A stretch of 50,923 nucleotides of DNA, counting the filler, from Sphacelaria rigidula (Eukaryota), in the NCBI GenBank assembly GCA_964200075.2. It is 3 parts of 3 records of this genome, joined end to end, with 100 filler letters (N's around TTAATTAATTAA, not from the genome) between each part and the next. Parts side by side here need not be neighbours in the genome. Positions count along the whole stretch, not along the records: positions 34,023 to 50,923 come from CAXNAA020001221.1; 2 more parts are not named here. One strand, 5' to 3'. Below the pieces are notes generated by a model. That model saw only the letters and a program-made list of their open reading frames with translations. It made no database searches and had not been told where the DNA came from. This document shows positions 47,650 through 50,923 of the stretch, in pieces (position 1 is the first letter of the stretch; each line of letters starts with the position of its first letter). A program made the position numbers and the translations under genes.

Positions 47650-50040
47650 ATGGCGAGCGGTGTGTGTGCGTGTCGAGGTCCTTCAGTTTCGATCATTTCC
47701 TTTTGTTGAGCGAGCGTGGGCCGAATGGCCCACCGTTGTTAGATGCAAAAACAAAACCTCGGCCTGGAAGACACGTTCACAACTGCCCGGGTGGGTGATT
47801 GATACTGACTCCCTCTCTATTTCGCTTTCAGAGGCAGAAAATCAACAAGTTACAAAAGCTGCTACTGCAGTGGCCTCGGGAACGCAAGTGGGCATGAGAG
47901 AGAAGGAGACATTTCGTCGTGCGCTGGTTTTCTTCTGCACGTCTCCATTGCTTCACGTCTCCATTGCTTCACGTCCGAGGAAGCCTTTTGCTCACCGCAT
48001 GCTGGCATCGACTGCGGTGCGGCATCCCTTCTCGTCCCGTGTTGTGACTGGAGATGATTTGCGAAAGAGGGCGGCGACGAATTCGCGGATGGTGGCACTG
48101 GGCCCGGAGTTTCACGATGATTTCGACGTGTGGCATTGGCTGGTTTGCGATGAACTCTCGCGGTGGGGAGCTTCCGGATGCGTCGGGCGTGGTCATCGGG
48201 GGTTAATGTCTGCAATCCGCCATATGGTGGCGATACGACTTGGCTGCTGAGGAACGATCCCGTTTGAACCGGCGCCACTGCGCACTCGGAGGATGGTATT
48301 TCGATTCAGTACCGGAACTGTCGGGTATGGTAATGTCGGCGTGGGTAATGTTTGTTCCCTACGGGCGACGTCCACGGTAACAAGTCGAATGTGTGCTGTT
48401 GCACGGCACGGAGACAACTCATCCGCCGTGACGTGGGTACATAAGCGCAGAGGGGGTGAGGAGCCGCGTTCGGGCGTTTCGATGCGCATGCTTGGTGGGT
48501 TGGGAATGGCCTCGGGTTGGGTGTTTGAGGCGAAGCATGTGCCGGAAATTCCAAGTGATGTGGCTCATGGAATTTCGCGGTGGCCAATGGATTGTATTTC
48601 CGCTGGCCTCTTGCCTCGCCGCTTCGATATTCGATGTCATATGCAGGACATCGGGGCAGAGGGGATGCATCGGCATCCCTACGTTTCGGTCTTGAGCTCG
48701 TCCGAAATGCCATTGCGCTGTCGTCTGCAAGAACGTATGAGGGGTATTTTGGGTCGCGGGTTCAGTTCCCGTGGGAGATGAACCAACGAGTGAAAGTAGC
48801 TACAATGATGCAGTACGAAATGTTTTGGCCGTAATCGAGTACATGGGCTGTGAGTGTGCAAATAGTTGCGGTCGAACATCGTGGCAAGTCACTCAGCAGC
48901 AGTTGCGTATTTTCATCGTACTGCGTGGTCCAAATGGTCGCCTGCAGCACCGGAAACTCATGGGTTCAGCAGTAGTACTGCTCTTGTCATTGTATCTACT
49001 GTATCGCGTCTGTGTGAATTTTTTTAGGCCTTATTTCATTTTATTTTATTTTGTTTTGTTTCATTTTATTTCCTCATACCATTTCTTCGTTAATTAGCCT
49101 GTGAACATGGAAGGCAACCGCACCAGCTGATGCCCTTTACGGAGTTCCGCGTAGATATCGGAACGGTTTTTGACATGAAGACAAAAACAGCACAACCGAG
49201 AGAGACGTCGAACTCGACACTCAACATTCGGTAATTAAAGGTGTCTTGATTGATTTGGAGCGTAGCCATGCTGTGATGGGGACATCACAACGCCTTGGGC
49301 GGCTGGTGTAGTGTCGGTGCTTTGTGGATTGGGAACAGTTGTCACTTGGGTGGGGTCCGGTGGTCACGTGTTATAGTTGGGTTCATGTGGCTCCTTTCTC
49401 TTTCTGGCGAAATTATGAGAGATATTTGCTGATTTTGCTCATTCTCATCACCCAGTTTCCTGTTACGTAGAAGTGATGAGGCATTTTATTGGGGGAGGAC
49501 ACAGGTTGCGTTAACATGATTGGGGTACGGCAGATTGGGTGTAAGGGCATTCCCGCGGGTGCACACGGGATCATGTACGAATCGGAGTGGTCGTGACGTG
49601 TGTTCGCTCGGGATTTACGTTGACATTCCGAGACGTGGGCGGAGCGGTCGCGTTAATGCTCGACCTCATTTAAGTTGATGAATCGTCCCCTGTGGATGCC
49701 CTGCTGATGACTTACGGTATGCGGGACAACGGGGTATTATTGGTATAGAACTGGTGCGATGCGGTGGCTGCGTTATGGCAGATAGTGGCATTGACTGGGC
49801 TAACGCCTGGAGAGTTTGCGTTGCACTCTCTGCGGATTGTGGCGCCCCGCGCACTTGTCCGCACCTGGAGTGCCCTCGGCGGTGTTGCAGAAGGAGGGTA
49901 GATGGAAATCGGACGCGTACGAAACATACGGCCGGGCTTTCGATGCTAATTGCGATTCAGTGTCGAACGTTATCGCCGACAGGGGGAGAAGCAGTGGTCG
50001 GCAGCCCGGTCAGGGCACCGAGTGGAGGGTGAGTAAGTGA
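47650..50040 (+). mobile_element. Decayed tyrosine-recombinase retrotransposon (Ngaro/DIRS group): RT C-terminus, RNase H, YR
   Basis: PGWVIDTDSLSISL, VALGPEFHDDFDVWHW, GDNSSAVTWVHKRRGGEEPRSG...GWVFEAKHV...DVAHGISRW (DIRS-type RNase H), then GGAVALMLDL, EFALHSLRI, QKEGRWKSDAYETY (YR catalytic H-x-x-R, W and Y). All on one strand, with frameshifts. Confidence 0.9.
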
Positions 50041-50426
50041 AGATGTAAAATAAATTAGTTACATCAGACATATTGATGAAAGGGATACACTACGTACGGT
50101 AGATGGATGAATAAGTCAAGAGACGTATAGTCATGTGTCGATGACGAAGAGGATTGTTTACCGAAATAGGTGAAAGCTGAGATGGAGTGGTCGATCACAT
50201 ATGCACGGACGGGTCTTGCCCTTTAAGGGATGGATTGCATTGGTGGGGCGAAGAAAAGCGTGTGAGAGCTATGTTGTCTCCTCAAGTCTGCTTTACTTCT
50301 TGTGGAGGCTGGTGCGACTGCGCTTAGCAGCATCTCCAGATGGAAGACAACGGTCGGATATGTGAGGAGTTACTATTTTGAATGGGTGAATGAGGAGCTC
50401 GCCTCCACCCCCCCTTCAAGCTCCAA

Positions 50427-50509
50427 GTGCTCCGTCTCGAAAGGGATGCGTGGTGAATGGCCATACGACTAAGGCAAGCAACTAATGAGTACGCCCCCAT
50501 CCCTCCTCC
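50427..50509 (+). repeat. Family A repeat copy
   Basis: GTGCTCCGTCTCGAAAGGGATGCGTGG...ATGAGTACGCCCCC. Confidence 0.92.
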
Positions 50510-50923
50510 AAGCTGAGTGGGGGGCGTGCGAGCACAACGCGATAGAAAGTCGAAAGCAACGGGAAAGAAAGGTTCGATTCTGTCTTCGGCAAAAATCGAT
50601 GTTTGTTCAGGAGCTGGAAATTGTTTCCCAGATGTTGATGGCGGTTGAAGTTTTCTAGAAGCCATTTCAGAACACATTGGCCTGAACGATTGCCTGTGTG
50701 ATGAGTCAGGTGGGACGGTCCAGTGTGGTGGATGCAGGAAGGCACAAGGGCAAGTGCATCTATGGTTGAGGGACAGTACCGGTGTGTGGATTCAGGACGA
50801 GGTTTGTGAGATTCGGGAGACGGGTGTGGCGCGACTATCGGGTGATGACAGCATCTCGAATCGTTGTTGTCTGCGTTTTCCCCGCCCCCCCCCCCTCCTT
50901 ATTAGCCTGGTCCGGCGAGAACC

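Overview
Eukaryotic, intron-rich and repeat-rich DNA, most likely from a brown alga (Phaeophyceae). That is an inference from the short exons, GT/GC-AG introns and decayed RTE-LINE and Ngaro/DIRS elements resembling those I recall from brown algae. The window is not one locus: it is three scaffolds of almost equal, decreasing length (1-16917, 17018-33922, 34023-50923) joined by artificial 100-nt N44-TTAATTAATTAA-N44 linkers. Scaffold 1 holds the last coiled-coil exon of one gene, a decayed minus-strand gene remnant, nine phase-compatible exons of a protein with two SKICH-like beta-sandwich repeats, and a decayed RTE LINE. Scaffold 2 is mostly non-autonomous elements (tRNA-derived SINEs, several MITEs, a 460-bp foldback, alternating inverted repeats) plus a gene for a long acidic disordered protein. 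Scaffold 3 holds a multi-exon minus-strand gene with one ankyrin repeat per exon and a C-terminal four-helix membrane domain resembling DUF679/DMP, and a decayed tyrosine-recombinase retrotransposon. All gene models were built by eye from splice signals and codon phase. No database search was run.
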